NCBI GenBank assembly: GCA_038087875.1
Contig: CM075980.1
Span: forward strand, 17,856,001 to 17,920,000
Reading direction: 5' to 3'
Length of the DNA stretch: 64,000 bases
Source of the DNA: Malacoraja senta
Lineage: Eukaryota
The notes below the pieces were generated by a model. That model saw only the letters and a program-made list of their open reading frames with translations. It searched no databases and had not been told where the DNA came from. Numbering within the stretch: position 1 is the stretch's first letter; the number at the start of each line of letters is the position of its first letter. Made by a program: the position numbers and the translations under genes. Below are positions 12,801 through 26,069 of the stretch, in pieces.

Positions 12801-14976
12801 TTTCATTTCTTTCAGTTCCAGAGTTGAAGCAGGACTTTCTTGTCTTGCATGATCATTTATCATCCTAGTACAAAATTATTTGAAACTTATGCAGCTAAAC
12901 TTTCTCTTGAGTTCGTTCCTATGGTATTTTCATTCCCAGGAAATATGATTAATGCATTACATCACTTCTAATATCAAATAACTTGACTGGTTTGAATTCT
13001 CCCCATGTGTATTGGATAACTTATTCTACCAATGGACATTCCATCACTAGCAGAAGTACCAACGATCTATAGAATAAATTATTTCAACTGGGAAATTGGC
13101 AACCAAATGGGAGAGGTTTAAAAGAGATAACAAAAAAATTAGAGGAAATACTTTTTTTCTGCTATTCAGTAAGTTATGATTTGGAATGTGCTACCTGACT
13201 GGTTGCGGGAAGAGATCTAATAATAGCTTTCAAAAGCAAGATAAATCTATACTTAAAAGGAAAACAGTTGCATTGCTATGATTGGCAAAAAGAGTGGGAC
13301 TAAATGGATACGTTTTTCCATAAACTGGCACTGTTTTGGATTGTTGATTCAGTGTGACCTAATTGGAGATAAATAGCACAAATAAGGCAGTTTAGAAGAT
13401 TTAACTATAAACAATCTCAATCTTTAGTCTAAAGCGTAATTGAGATGCAGTCCACAAACTGGTCCATATTTTTCTGTTTAGAGACACCATATTCATCTGA
13501 CATTAATGTTGACTCAAGAGTTAATATTCTGCAGGTTGAGTAGGTTGATGCTTTTAGCATAGTTACTTGGCCAAACTCACTATTTACAGATGACATTTCC
13601 ATTTCTTTATAACTATTAGATGAAAGTTGAATTATCACTATCTCAATAATTTGAGAACTAATATCCACAATATTCCAAAACAAAAAAGCAAACTGCTGGA
13701 TGAACTGGATGCTGGATGAAGCAGCATCTTTGCAGGCAAAGGGATGGTTGATATTTCGGGTCATGACCCAGCAGCGGGATTTCAGTGTTACTCCAGCAGT
13801 ATTATCTCTACAATATTCAAATCTCCCTAGATTGTGTTGACATGTTCTCAGATTCTGAGAATTGCCTTGCTGGAATACCCAAGAAACTGCCGTCTTTCTG
13901 TCTTCTTGAAATGATCATGCAGAGTAAAGCTATGCTGATTCTGTGTGCAATGATTCCCTCTGAAAACCTACAATTGAGCCTTGCTTTTGAGAGAAATAAG
14001 TTGATGCAGAATTGCCTCCAGTTTGAAGAGCCCGTTCTTAATATTCAGAAAATAAAATGCTAAAAAAAAATCTGCTTGGATCAATTAAAGTTCATCACTT
14101 CTCATTCAATGGCAGTTCTTTCAACCCTGGGAAGTATGATTTACTGATTAATCACATCTGTGGATTAATTGTTATTTGGGTGATTTTTGCAATTATTTCA
14201 ATATGCTATGCTCCCTTAGAAATTTTAGTTGGAAACCAACAGGCACCCTGATAATTCAAGTTGTAACCAGTAGCATAGCTCTTCTCTTGGGATTTATTCC
14301 TTTTACACAAACAATTTTTATTTATATTCAATGAAACAAGCCGTACTGTGGAGTGGAATTTCACTTTGCTTTGATGATTGTGGATGCCGTTTTTTTCCCT
14401 CGATTTTATTGGAAGACAATGGATTTGAGAACGTCAAATGTTTAAATAGCATGCTTTTTGCCCTGTTAGACTACTTTCAATGATAACATTACCTCTGCTA
14501 TTTCATCTTCCATTCTATGCCATGAATCACTCTAATAATTGTAAAACCAGGTGAATATCATGTGTCTTACTTCATCTTTTAAAGAGCGTTCAGGAAACTA
14601 TTGCTATGTTACAGCCACCTCTGCAGGCCAGTGTGAGAATGGTTTCAACTTATTCCTCCAGCCTCTGCAATATTTACTTTAAAAAATCTTGTGGACACAT
14701 GCGGCAAAGGCTTGAATGGGTATAACTCACAGTGATATCACCTATAACATCCCTTTTGACACGCAGTTATATAAATGTTTTTTATTTAAAGCTCTATGCT
14801 TGCCTAAGTTGTGACATGATAATGTACAAAAAGTAGATAAATATTAGATTTCATGACCCATCAGGTTGTCTTGTAAATTCATCCTAGATATTAATTATTG
14901 AATTATGATTTACAATGTTCCCAGTTTAAAATACATGTTTAGTTTTGAACAGTTGCATAATAAAGAACCCAATAAT

Positions 14977-16590
14977 TAGGTATGTTACAAAACTTACCTT
15001 CAGCGGCGCTGCAGTTCTGTCACTGCCCGTGTGCGTGACTTTGGCGCCTTTGAGAGGGGGGCGGGTTTAAAATGCGATATTTCGGCAGCCTATTCAAATC
15101 GATGTCTGTCAGGCTGTTGAGCTGCTAAAGAAAAATCGCTTTGACTGCCATTTTATTACGTTTATTAAAATTAGCGCTGGATAATTAAATTGTTGGAGTA
15201 AAATTAAAATCATCTTCAAATGCCGTCAACGCCGACAACGGGGACGGATTTCACGTAGGGGACAAGGCAAGGTACGCCGTTTATTTTTTCATATAAACTT
15301 GCTTCTTAGGATGCCCTTAATCAAAATTTCACGTTGCGAAAATGTGATTATGTAAATATACGAACTGGCAGTATTTTTCCTGCCGATATGAGGTTTAAAT
15401 TCACTGCAACTGCAACGTTCCAAACCAGCGCGTTCCACAAAATCCCACTCGCAAGATGATTTAAATGCCCATTAATTTACAGGAATTAAACACTAAATTC
15501 CTTCCATTTGACCTATAAATTCATGACAATGAGATTAAAAAAAGAATGTTATATTGTGAATTCTTGTGTGAATGTTATTTGGACACTTAAAGGCCTGTCT
15601 CACGAGTCTGCGGTCATTGGCGGCGAAACACGAAGAATCTACCGCTCCTGGGCCGCCATAGACCGCACACTCGGTCAAACGCACAATTTCGGGGCCGTGC
15701 GGCGTTGTTCCCAACACCGCACGGTGCTAAAATAAAACCAACACTGTTCAAAAATATGTTCCTACCGCACAGCCGCCGCCAGTGAGGCACGAGTGCAGCA
15801 CGGCCGCCGCCACAGCCACCGCCAGTGTGGCACGAGTGCGGTGCGTAGAACCTTCACCGCCACAGCCTCCGCCAGTGAGGCACGTGTGCAGCACGGCCGC
15901 CGCCACAGCGCCGCGATCAGCACGGCCGCCGCCACAGCCCCGCAGATCCGAAATTACGTCATCGCAGTCGGCCCGCCCTTTTTTTTTACTTACCGCAAGC
16001 TCGTGGGACCAGCCGTACTTAAATCACTCGGCCCCCGCGCAGCATCCGTGCGGCGCTCCCGCGGCATAGGCTCGGCGCTCTCGCCGTTGCCGTGCGGTCC
16101 CCTCTACAGGCGAAGCCGCGCTTCACCGCCGATGACCGCAACACCGTGAGACAGAGCCTTTAGGCTTTTTAAAAATGTTAACCTTAAGAAATAGATAGAT
16201 GTTTAGATCTAGTAATTGAATTTTGTAATTAGCTACAATTGGGTAACTAACTAATTATATGCTTTAATTTTAGGTCATCCAAGTAAGATTGTTTCATATT
16301 TGTTTCAGAATGCTTCAATCTATAATAAATGAAAATTTCATTAAGTTCTCTTAATTTGTAAGAAAGTTATGGGCTTTTAACTGCCCTTGATCACAGCTCT
16401 TGTGTTAAGTCAATGGAAAAGCAATAGGGAACAAGATGCTAATTTCCGAGTATGAAAATGGCCATAACATTTTTAATACTGAAGATATGAAAGTGAATTA
16501 GGTGTCAAATTAAACTTCTTTTTATGCTTTATCTGATGGGATAAATTGCAGACTTGAATTTTTTAATCTCAAAATTTTGTAACATTGCTA
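14977..16590. mobile_element. Non-autonomous TIR DNA transposon (TAG...CTA ends, 7-bp TSD)
   Basis: Left TAGGTATGTTACAAAA versus right reverse complement TAGCAATGTTACAAAA; CAATAAT at 14970-14976 and 16591-16597. Confidence 0.8.
15590..16159. mobile_element. Harbinger-like MITE nested in the TIR element
   Basis: About 40-bp imperfect TIRs (AGGC.CTGTCTCACG..TGCGGTCAT.GGCGG.GAA); TTA on both flanks; GC-rich internal tandem repeats at about 15765-15940. Confidence 0.75.
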
Positions 16591-16756
16591 CAATAATGAA
16601 CGGAATCGTACTGTAATTCCAGAGTTTTAGCAAAAGCCTGAATTAAATTGAATATCTAAATTATTTGTGTGGCTACATTTGGTAATGTGAGCATAACTGC
16701 AACAGGAACTTATCAAAAATTTATGACTGACAATAATTTGTGACATTTGTTTTCAG

Positions 16757-17311
16757 ATTGAACAGATGGAGATGCAGCACAGGGAACTCCTTCAGGTGCA
16801 GTTGCAGCTTTTACGGAAGGAATACAGCAAGCTAAAGCATCAAGCCAACGGAAGCCCTGTTTCTAGTCGGGACTCTACGGATGACTGCAGTGATGGAACA
16901 ACGCAAGCATTAGTGGGAACTCCCAGGAGCCATAGCTTTAGTCTGACCATCCCCACCAGCATAGTGACTTCAGCACAGGAAATTATAGCCTCCGAACATG
17001 AGATCATGACAACCTCGCAGGAAGAAATTGAAGGATCTGAAGTGGGCCTCGGTTCAAGAGATGTCATATCTTTCATCGAGCCGAGTGATAATTCATCAAA
17101 TGGGTCGGCAGGGTTGACAACACTTGAAATCGTGGAGGTCCATTTAGACAGTGAGTCAACCATATCAAATATTGAGTCTCCTTCCCCCACTCATGTACAT
17201 TTATATCCAGTTACACAAGTCAGTGATCAAATAGAACTTTCCACCAGCAAACGGGTTTCTGAAGAGGATTCAGAAGAAGAAAGTCAACCAAAAATCCAGA
17301 GAACTATTTAA
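16757..17311 (+). CDS. Unidentified upstream gene, terminal coding exon (IEQMEMQHRELLQVQLQLLRKEY...QPKIQRTI*)
   Basis: tttgttttcag|ATT acceptor in frame with the 181-aa ORF 16766-17311; continues the coiled coil, then an acidic S/E-rich tail; TAA stop followed by AT-rich UTR-like sequence. Confidence 0.85.
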   Translation: MEQMEMQHRELLQVQLQLLRKEYSKLKHQANGSPVSSRDSTDDCSDGTTQALVGTPRSHSFSLTIPTSIVTSAQEIIASEHEIMTTSQEEIEGSEVGLGSRDVISFIEPSDNSSNGSAGLTTLEIVEVHLDSESTISNIESPSPTHVHLYPVTQVSDQIELSTSKRVSEEDSEEESQPKIQRTI

Positions 17312-20300
17312 CACAGGATACGACCAAGACTATAACATAGTATCTATTTTGTATCTAAATATATGCCTTATTTTTAATCCATACTTTCAATGAATAATTT
17401 ATTTTCAGAATATTTAATTGTTAGATCCATTCTAATTTCAGTGTGCTGTTAAGTGCATTGCAGGTGACTTATGAACTTTAACATTTTCAGATGTCATTGA
17501 GGTATTGTACAATCTCCTTCTGCATTACAAGATCTTCAGGCAATAAGTCCTTACTCTTAAAGTTAAAAGAGCAAGCATTTTGGCATTGCTTGATCTTTCC
17601 CCTAAAAAAATAGACAGCAACACTACAACATATATAACAGAAAAAATAATTGGGAACTCGGAATATAAAATGAACATTTCTGGCAATTAATTTAAGGCCT
17701 TTTATACAAGTGCATTTTATAATAGTTCATCTTAAAGTTATAGCCATTAGCAGTTATAATCAGACAATGCATCTACATTGGTGTTTTTTTCAGAATCAAG
17801 CCATTGGCACTTTATAGTCAGTTAGCAAGCTTGACCTTCACATTGCCAATGTACTTATTGTCCTTTGACGACTGCTTGTGCAAACACTGTTTGACATCTG
17901 CTATGCAACAAGATGATGAATAGACAAGGAACGAGAAAAAAAAATCAAATTCATGTTAGTGTAGGTGATGTTAAAATAAACGTAAAATTAAAGGCAAGTA
18001 TTTCCCCTTCTAGGTAGTGCCAATAGTCTTACCATACTTTTTTATTTTTGGAGTAATCCTGATTTTGCAGCAAGATGCATCGCCTCTCAATCACCCCATT
18101 TTCTCAGCACCATTCAGTCTACAACCTACCACTCCACCCACATATCCTTCAGATACAACTTACTCAATACAAACTCCTTTCAGGTGCAGAGTGTGAGGGG
18201 GTGGATACTAGATTCAAAAGGGTTGTCATACTTGGTCTGTGCAATATTTTCAGGGGAAAATGAAGAGAGAATTTGCAGTAAGGAGATCAGTCACCTTGGC
18301 CAAATGCATCCACCCCATTTATACTATGCAAGGTGAAGTATTACAGGGGTCTTTAGATGCTGTTGATGTTTTCAGAAGATTGCTACTCAATACAATTCAT
18401 CATCTTGAAGCTGTTCTGTATTGAATAGCTGAATGTAATTGTTTGTTTACATGTGGCTAAATTGATACTTTTAATCACACTGAATTTCCAAATTGGCAAT
18501 GTTTGATCCAAAAACAAGTACATTTATTTATTTATTCTTAATTTCCAGAGCAATTTTAAGGCTTAAGATTGTTGTTGCGCATATTTTGTTCCTTGCTCAG
18601 TGCCATGAGGGGATGTGATCCACACAAGATGTCTTCTCACTGTGACATATTACGTAACATGTACTTTAAGTAATGAAATATCTGCCCAATGATTTGCCTG
18701 TCTTACCCTTTCCCCGAAAGTTTGTTTCCACTGATATTAATGAAATGCTGAATTTATATTTTTACTTAAGCTACATTTTTCTAATTAAATACATATCTAT
18801 AACTTCAGCAATCTAGTATATTCCTTGATCGCACTTTTCTTTTGAACACAAATGTCTCCATATTTTGTTCTATAGTTAAGTAATTTGACATTGACATAAA
18901 CTGGAACAATGAGCAAGCATTCCCTGTCCAGTAAACAGCATTAGAGTGAAAAATGTTTCAGTTAAATGTTCTCGAGAATAGGAATTGATGTCTGCTTTAG
19001 CAGAAATATAGCCTCAATTATTATATTTTTCAAAAGTTTTTTTTAAGCCTAAAAATTCCACTCCTTCCCCAACTACAATAAGAAGGGTTGAAACTGGAGA
19101 AGTCGATTGTCCATTCCCTCCACAGGTGTTTTCTGATTTGTTGTATTACTCCAGCATTTTGTATTTTCCTCAAGATTCCAACACTAGTTTCTGTGTCTCT
19201 CTTATTTTTTGTTCTTTGGTTAAAGTTCAAGAATTTTATACGAAGCATCATATGAGACTATGACTATGATCATGGAGTTCATCAGTCTGAGGAGGATTAC
19301 TTTCTTGCCAGCGCTCCATGTATCCAAAAATTGAAATGAAAGCAATTTGCATGTAGTTATCAGTCATAGTTTTGTGATTGTACCTCTAATTTGGAAGGCT
19401 GTGCCTTCAAATCCAATTCCAGAGGCTAAAACTCTAGGCTAACATACTGGAACAGTACTGAGATGATTCTGCACCAAGACTATGCTTGCCTTACCATAGA
19501 AGCACCGATATAGTTCCTTATGGTCCACCTTGTCCATGCCAACTGTGATGTCTATCTTCACTAATTCCATTTGCCAGTGTTAGTCTCTCTACGCCTTTCC
19601 CATTTAAGTACCTGTCCAAATGTCTTTTAATGGTTGCAATTATATCTGCCAATGATCTGTAAAATATGAATGGCATTGAGATTTCTGCATTAATCCAAAT
19701 CAGAAGGAACATTTGGTTCTTTTTCACTCTGCTTTACTTCTGATTCTGTCCAAAGATTGGAAATCACTTTTGTGTGATGGCTTTATATGAGAATGAGAAA
19801 AGTATCACCCTTGTCTATCAGTGCTGTGCTGAATACCAAAACATTTTTCTCTTGATGTGCAATGTTTGGTGATGAGCTGCCTTTAGAATTGCACCGAGAG
19901 ATTGCACTAAGATAAACACTGCATTTAATAAATTATTCCGGATGTTTCAAGGCTATGAATAAAGAGAGAATAACGTTTGATTTATAAATCATTGTTGTTC
20001 AACAAATTTCCCCCCAAAAAATATTTCTCATTATTTTTGTATTTCTTTCAGTGGAGTGATTCATTAAGGTATGTGCTTTTTTTCTTACCCCAATGATACT
20101 GCAAATGAATATGTAAACTGGACTCCAGTGAAATCTCTTTAGTGAGGTATTGGTTTTGCTTGTTGAATGCCTAGGTTTGCAATATAGCCACAAAAAGTTG
20201 TTTGACGTGTTTGAATAGATGGGAAAATAACTAATGAAGATATGACAGCCAGCTGAACCATTTCTCTTGATTTCACACTCAATTACCATTGAGGCTTCTT

Positions 20301-21047
20301 GTTAATATATTTATCACTGTATTGAAAGGGAACTTTCCAGTAATTACCTTGTAACCAAGGGTGACTATTACCAAAGCTGAATTATATAAAGCAATTGAAA
20401 AGAATGGCAATTGTTAATTTTCTATTGTAGTTCGCAGAATCTTTTTTAAAACCACATTTGTCAACCATGTGAATCTGATACTCTAATTTGACAAATGTTA
20501 GTGAACCGCATTGTAATAGTGTTTAACATATAACTACATTCACAATCGAGCCGTGTGTCCCAGATCAAAGTATCACCAATGATCTCAATAAGAACAATAA
20601 TGGCATCAATGCATTGTCCACAAGATCTCTTCCAACTCCCTCAGTTCATAGGTTATAGGAGCAGAATTGGGTCATTCAGCACATCAAGTCTACTCCCCCA
20701 TTCTTGGCTGATCTATCTTTCCCTCTCAACCCCATTTTCCTCCCCATAACCCCTGGCACTCTTAGCAGTTTCAAAAAAATTAGCGCTTTTTACTGAGTTA
20801 AACAATTTATAAAATATAAATAATATTAGCATTTCCCCCGAATATTTTCGATCTTAGGCCTCCAGTTGGAGATGCTGAAATTCAGAATATAACTTCTGAT
20901 TTCTTTATATTCATAGTTGTATTTAAAAGAAGATGCTAATATTTGCTGATGTTCCTGTGGATGATTAAATTATAGCTTAGTTTGTATGATAAATAATTTA
21001 CAAATTGCAATCTGGAACAATCATCAGAAATGGCACTTCATACCTTA

Positions 21048-23509
21048 ATAATAATAATACATTTTATTTATATAGCGCTTTTCAGGACTCAAAGTCGCTT
21101 TACATTGAGAGTCAAGAATAAACAAAACAAAATAGAGCAGTAAGACAGAGATGTAAAGGGGAGGGGAACATGGGACTAAGGGTATGCAGAGGTGAAGAGA
21201 TGGGTCTTGAGGCGGGACTGGAAGATGGTGAGGGACTCAGAATTTCGGATCAGTTGTGGGAGGGAATTCCAGAGTCTGGGAGCTGCCCTGGAGAAGGCTC
21301 TGCCTCCAAAAGTGCAGAGGTTTAATTTCGGCGTGGAGAGACCAGCTGATGTGGATCTGAGGGACCGTGAGGGTTGGTAGGGGGAAAGGAGGTCAGTGAG
21401 ATAAGGGGGGGGCCAAGTTGTTGCGGGCTTTGTAGGTGAGGACCAGGATTTTGTAGATGATCCGGTGGGAAGTGGGAAGCCAGTGAAGTTCTTTGAGAAC
21501 TGGGGTGATGTGGTGCCAGGATTTGGTGTGGGTAATGAGTCGGGCGGCTGCATTTTGGACCAGTTGGAGTCGGTTGATGTTGCTGGAATTGATTCCAAAG
21601 AGAAGAGAGTTACAGTAGTCCAGTCGGGAGGAGATGAAGGCATGGATGAGTCTTTCAGCAGCGGGGGGTGTGAGAGAGGATCTGATTTTGGCAATGTTGC
21701 GGAGGTGAAAAAATGATGTTTTGACAACATGGCGGATGTGAGGCTCAAGGGAGAGGGTTGAGTCAAAGATCACGCCAAGGTTGCGTGCCTGAGGAGATGG
21801 GGAGACAGTGGTGCCGTCAATAGTGAGAGTGGGGTTGTTAATTTTAGTGAGTGTTGATTTGGAGCCAATGAGGAGAAATTCTGTTTTGCTACTGTTTAAT
21901 TTAAGGAAGTTGAGTTGCATCCAAGATTTGATGGCTGATAGGCAGGAGTTGATATGGGAGAGAGGGGGGTGGTGGGGGGACTTGGTGCTGAGATAGATCT
22001 GGGTGTCATCAGCATAGCAGTGGAAGTCCAGGTTGAAGTGATGGAGTATATGACCAAGGGGGAGGATGTAGATGATGAAGAGGAGGGTACCAAGAACGGA
22101 GCCTTGGGGAATGCCTTGAGTGACAGTGGCTGTGGCAGAGGTGTGGTTATGGAGAGAGATGAAGTGGGATCGGTTGGAAAGGTAGGAAAGGAGCCAGCTG
22201 AGTGCAGAACCTTCAATGCCAAGGTCCCTAAGTCTGGTGAGCAGGATGTTATGGTTGACGGTATCGAAGGCTGCACTCAGGTGGAGGAGGATGAGGATAT
22301 TGAGGGAGCCAGTGTCAGCAGAGGTAAGGAGGTCATTGAGGACTTTGAGGAGAGCAGTTTCTGTGCTATGGAGGGGGCGAAAGCCAGATTGGAGGGGTTC
22401 GAATAGGTTATACGCGAGGAGGTGGGAATGAAGTTGTGACGCAACGATACGCTCCAGGGTTTTTGAAAGAAAGGGGAGGTTTGAGATGGGGCGGTAGTTA
22501 ATGAGAGAGGAGGGATCAAGACCAGGTTTCTTTAAGATTGGTGTGACAGCAGCAGTTTTGAAAGCAGAGGGGACAATTCCTTGGGACAATGAGTTGAAGA
22601 GATTAGTGAGGTAGGGGCAGAGAGCGGAGAGGCAGGACTTCAGCAGGGGAGTGGCGAGAGGGTCGAGGGAGCAGGTAGTGGGTTTGGAAGAGCTGATGAG
22701 TTTGGAGATTCCAGTAGGGGTGACCGGGTCAAACTGGGAGAGGAAGCAGTGAGGGGGAGGGGTATGGAGATCAGCGGAGATGTTGAAAGGAGGGGCCTTG
22801 GTAGGTGGTGGAGTAGATGCTGGGGAGTCGGGTACAGGGGATAAGGATTGATAGATGGTGCTGATTTTGTCAGCAAAAAAGTGGAGGAATGAGTTGCAGA
22901 GATCCGGAGTGGAGGTAGGGAGAGTGTTGGCTCGAGGCTTGAGGAGGTTGCACACTGGGGAGAAGAGGGTTCTGTGGTTTAGGCAGGGGTCGGTGAATAT
23001 GGAGGAGAGGTATGCAGATTTAGCAGCAATGAGGGCATCTGTAGGCAGTGAGGTGGAGTTTGTAAGCTTCATGGTGGACTGTGAGGGGTGATTTCTTTAT
23101 GAGTCGTTCAAGTCGGCGACCAATCTGTTTCAGCTTACGAAGTGCAGGTGTGTACCAGGGTGAAGATTTATTAAAAGTTACGGTTCTTGTTTTGAGGGGA
23201 GCCAGAGTGTTAAGGGAGGTAGACAAGGTGGAATTGAGATGGTTTGTGAGATCATCAGGTGAGATGTGGGTTGAGTCCAGGGGGAGAGTGGTGGAGAGCA
23301 GGTCAGAGAGATGGTGAGGGTCGATGGATTTTAGATTACGGAAGGTGATTTCTCGGAGGAAGCGGGGGCGAGGAGTCGGAGAAGGGATGGTGAACCGTAT
23401 AAGCTTATGATCAGAGAGGGGGAAGAGGCATGGATGGAGGTCGAGTACCGGTTGATTTGTGGAGCAGACCAGGTCAAGGATGTGACCTTTGTCATGAGTG
23501 GGAAAGGTG
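21048..23509 (-). mobile_element. 5'-truncated L2-clade LINE (end of APE endonuclease, RT and 3' tail), frameshifted
   Basis: PTHDKGHILDL, YRPISNLPFLSK, PQGSVLG, YADD; 3' stem-loop plus (ATT)n tail; TSD ATACCTTA at 21040-21047 and 23510-23517. Confidence 0.92.
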
Positions 23510-25404
23510 ATACCTTACACTCAAATGTACATTTGCTCTGGTGGAAATGCAATTTTCTGATAACATTGAAATCAAGGAATACTAACTATGCATCAAACTT
23601 TTGAGCAAGGAAATTAAAAATTGGAGTGCAAACACTTCCTCCTGCATTGGGAACTGCTCTCCTAATAGAATGGGATACTGCAGTTATAAACGTGGTGTAA
23701 ATATTACAGCATTAGTGATCATAAAACGTATTGTAAATATCTAAATGTTCCATCTTTCGATTCCATTTGGAGTGGATCACCCTGTTCCATTTTGCAGTGA
23801 TCACTTGTACTAGTTACAAATTATGCTTTCCTGAGGTGTGCTACAATCATCTACCTAACCCAGATAAACCATATACAGTATAATGAGTAAACTAAGTACG
23901 CATTCCAAAGATATGTATTTGATGCTACATTTGTGGGATGACATAGAAAGAAGTAGAAGCATGATTGGGCCTGTTTAGACATTTAATAAGATTACAGCTG
24001 ATTTAAATCAAACACCATCTTCTTGCCCTTTCTCAATTGTCCCTGATTCCTTCAATGATCAGAAATCTATGAACACAGGCTTTGTTTGCAATTAGTAATT
24101 GACATTCCATACCTTCTGGGGTAGGTGATTCCAAAGACCGAATAAAATAAATTCTCATTACTTCAGTTCTAGATTGCCCAGCCCTTACTTTCAGACTGGG
24201 AAGTTAATTCTAGACTCCTTAGCTAGAAGGAAACATAGATCCTGCCAAGCCCTCAATGTGTTTACTGTTTCAATGACTTCAAGGGAAAAATTCAATTATA
24301 CATAACTACACTTAGAATTTGTGAGACATACATTATTCAGTTCAATGTGTGACATAATATAGATCATTAGAATGTTCTTGAAATATGGACTTTTGCCTTC
24401 AATAACATTTAATTAGGATTAAAAGAAATTGTGAAGGTCCCTTTTTATATATGACTGGAATTTAGGAGAGCCAAATTTAAGCACCAGTCATCTCTGGTCC
24501 ACTTAAGATGATAGGCACGGTAGATTATGAAAAAAAAAAAGGTCTCTATTACGTGGTTAACATTCACAGCAATGAAGGCAGTTGTGGAAAAGAACCAAGG
24601 AATGTGGCTAAAATAAATTTCTAAAATCAAATTAACAAATAGAAATACTGGTTATAGAAATAAAGAGGATTCAATTATCTGAACCTAAAAATAAATTAAA
24701 CAATTATAAGTAAACAAAAATGAAAATGTGTAAATGGATCTTTAAAATGTTTTTTTTAACATCGAGCACAAGAAGGAATTGTTCTCCCATTGTATTGTGG
24801 TAGTACTCGTATTCTGTCTTAATGAGTCAGTCACTGTGAGCAGTTATAGCAACAGCTGTCATAGTACAAATGACAACAGAAGCATTCCATGTTCCTTATT
24901 TGTTCAATCTCTTGATAAAAATTATTTGAAATATATTTTAAGTGTCACAACTTAAACAGTGCCTGCAATATCAAAGGTAACCTGCATAATGCATCTCCAT
25001 CACAATCCACATGTTTTGCACACATCCCATGAAGCATTAAAAATGCACGCATTTACTCTTAGTACCGCCATTAATAAAATAAGGGCCTGTTCCTGTGTTC
25101 TTTTACCTGAACTGTTGTTCCTCAAGCTCGTCATGAATCAAGAATGTTTAATTGCTATATGTGCCAACAACAGAACAACAAAATTGTTACTTGTTATAGC
25201 TTTACAGGCCCATTAACCCAAAACCACACAAATAAATATAGAAAAATCAGCAATACAATAAATGAATGATCAGTAATACTGTGTAAACATAATAATGCAA
25301 AAACCGAAGACCATAAAGCAACCAAGAAATGCTGACTTTGATGTAATAATGCAGGAAGCCAAATAGGTCAGTTTTGGTGCATTTTCTGCAGTCTTAAAAT
25401 TAGA

Positions 25405-25800
25405 TTATAGAACAGTACAGCACAGGGACAGGCCATTTGGCCTAAAATGTCTGAACTGAACATGTTGCCAATTTAAAATAAGCTCCTCTGTTGGTACATG
25501 ATCCATATCCCTCCATTCTCTGCATATCACGTGCCAATCTAAAAGTCCCTTAAATGCCACTATCGTATGTGCCTCCACCATCGTTCCTGGCAACATGATC
25601 CAGACACTCTCGATTCTCTTTGTAAAAAAAACATACCCCCACCCCTATATTTCCTTCAAAATTGGCCCCTCTGACCCTTATGCCTTCGAGTTTTTGACAT
25701 TTCCACGCTGAAAAAAGGTTGACTGTCTACCCTGCCTATGCCTTTAATAATTATATATACTTCTATCAGGTCTTCCCTTAACTACCAACATTCCTGAGAA
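25405..25800 (-). mobile_element. CR1/HER1 LINE 3' fragment
   Basis: Minus-strand LPGTMVEAHTIVAFKGLLDWH is typical of the CR1 ORF2 C-terminus; tail shared with the SINEs. Confidence 0.7.
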
Positions 25801-25807
25801 AACTCTT

Positions 25808-26050
25808 GTGTGCTGTCTGTGTGGAGTTTGCATGTTCTCCCTGTGACCATGTGAGTTTTCTCCAGGTGTTCCAGTTTCCTCCTAAATCCTAAAGATGTGC
25901 AGATTTGTAGGTTGATTGGCTTCTGTAAATTGCCCCTAGTGTGCAGGGAGTGGATGAGAAAGCAGAATAACATGGAACCAGTGTGAACGGGTGATAAATG
26001 ATTGCCGTGGACTGAAGGGCTTGTATCCATGCTTTTTCTCTCAATCTATT
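25808..26050 (+). mobile_element. HE1-like V-SINE, partial
   Basis: V domain gtgtggagtttgcatgttctccctgtgacc. Confidence 0.7.
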
Positions 26051-26069
26051 GATTGATATTCTCTCTTTT

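Noticed and set aside
17312-20000. Exact poly(A) site of the upstream gene
   Set aside because: Several AATAAA candidates (17975, 19927, 19958) in AT-rich sequence; cannot choose without 3'-end data.
21192-23604. Plus-strand ORFs over the L2 element
   Set aside because: Antisense shadows of the LINE ORF2.
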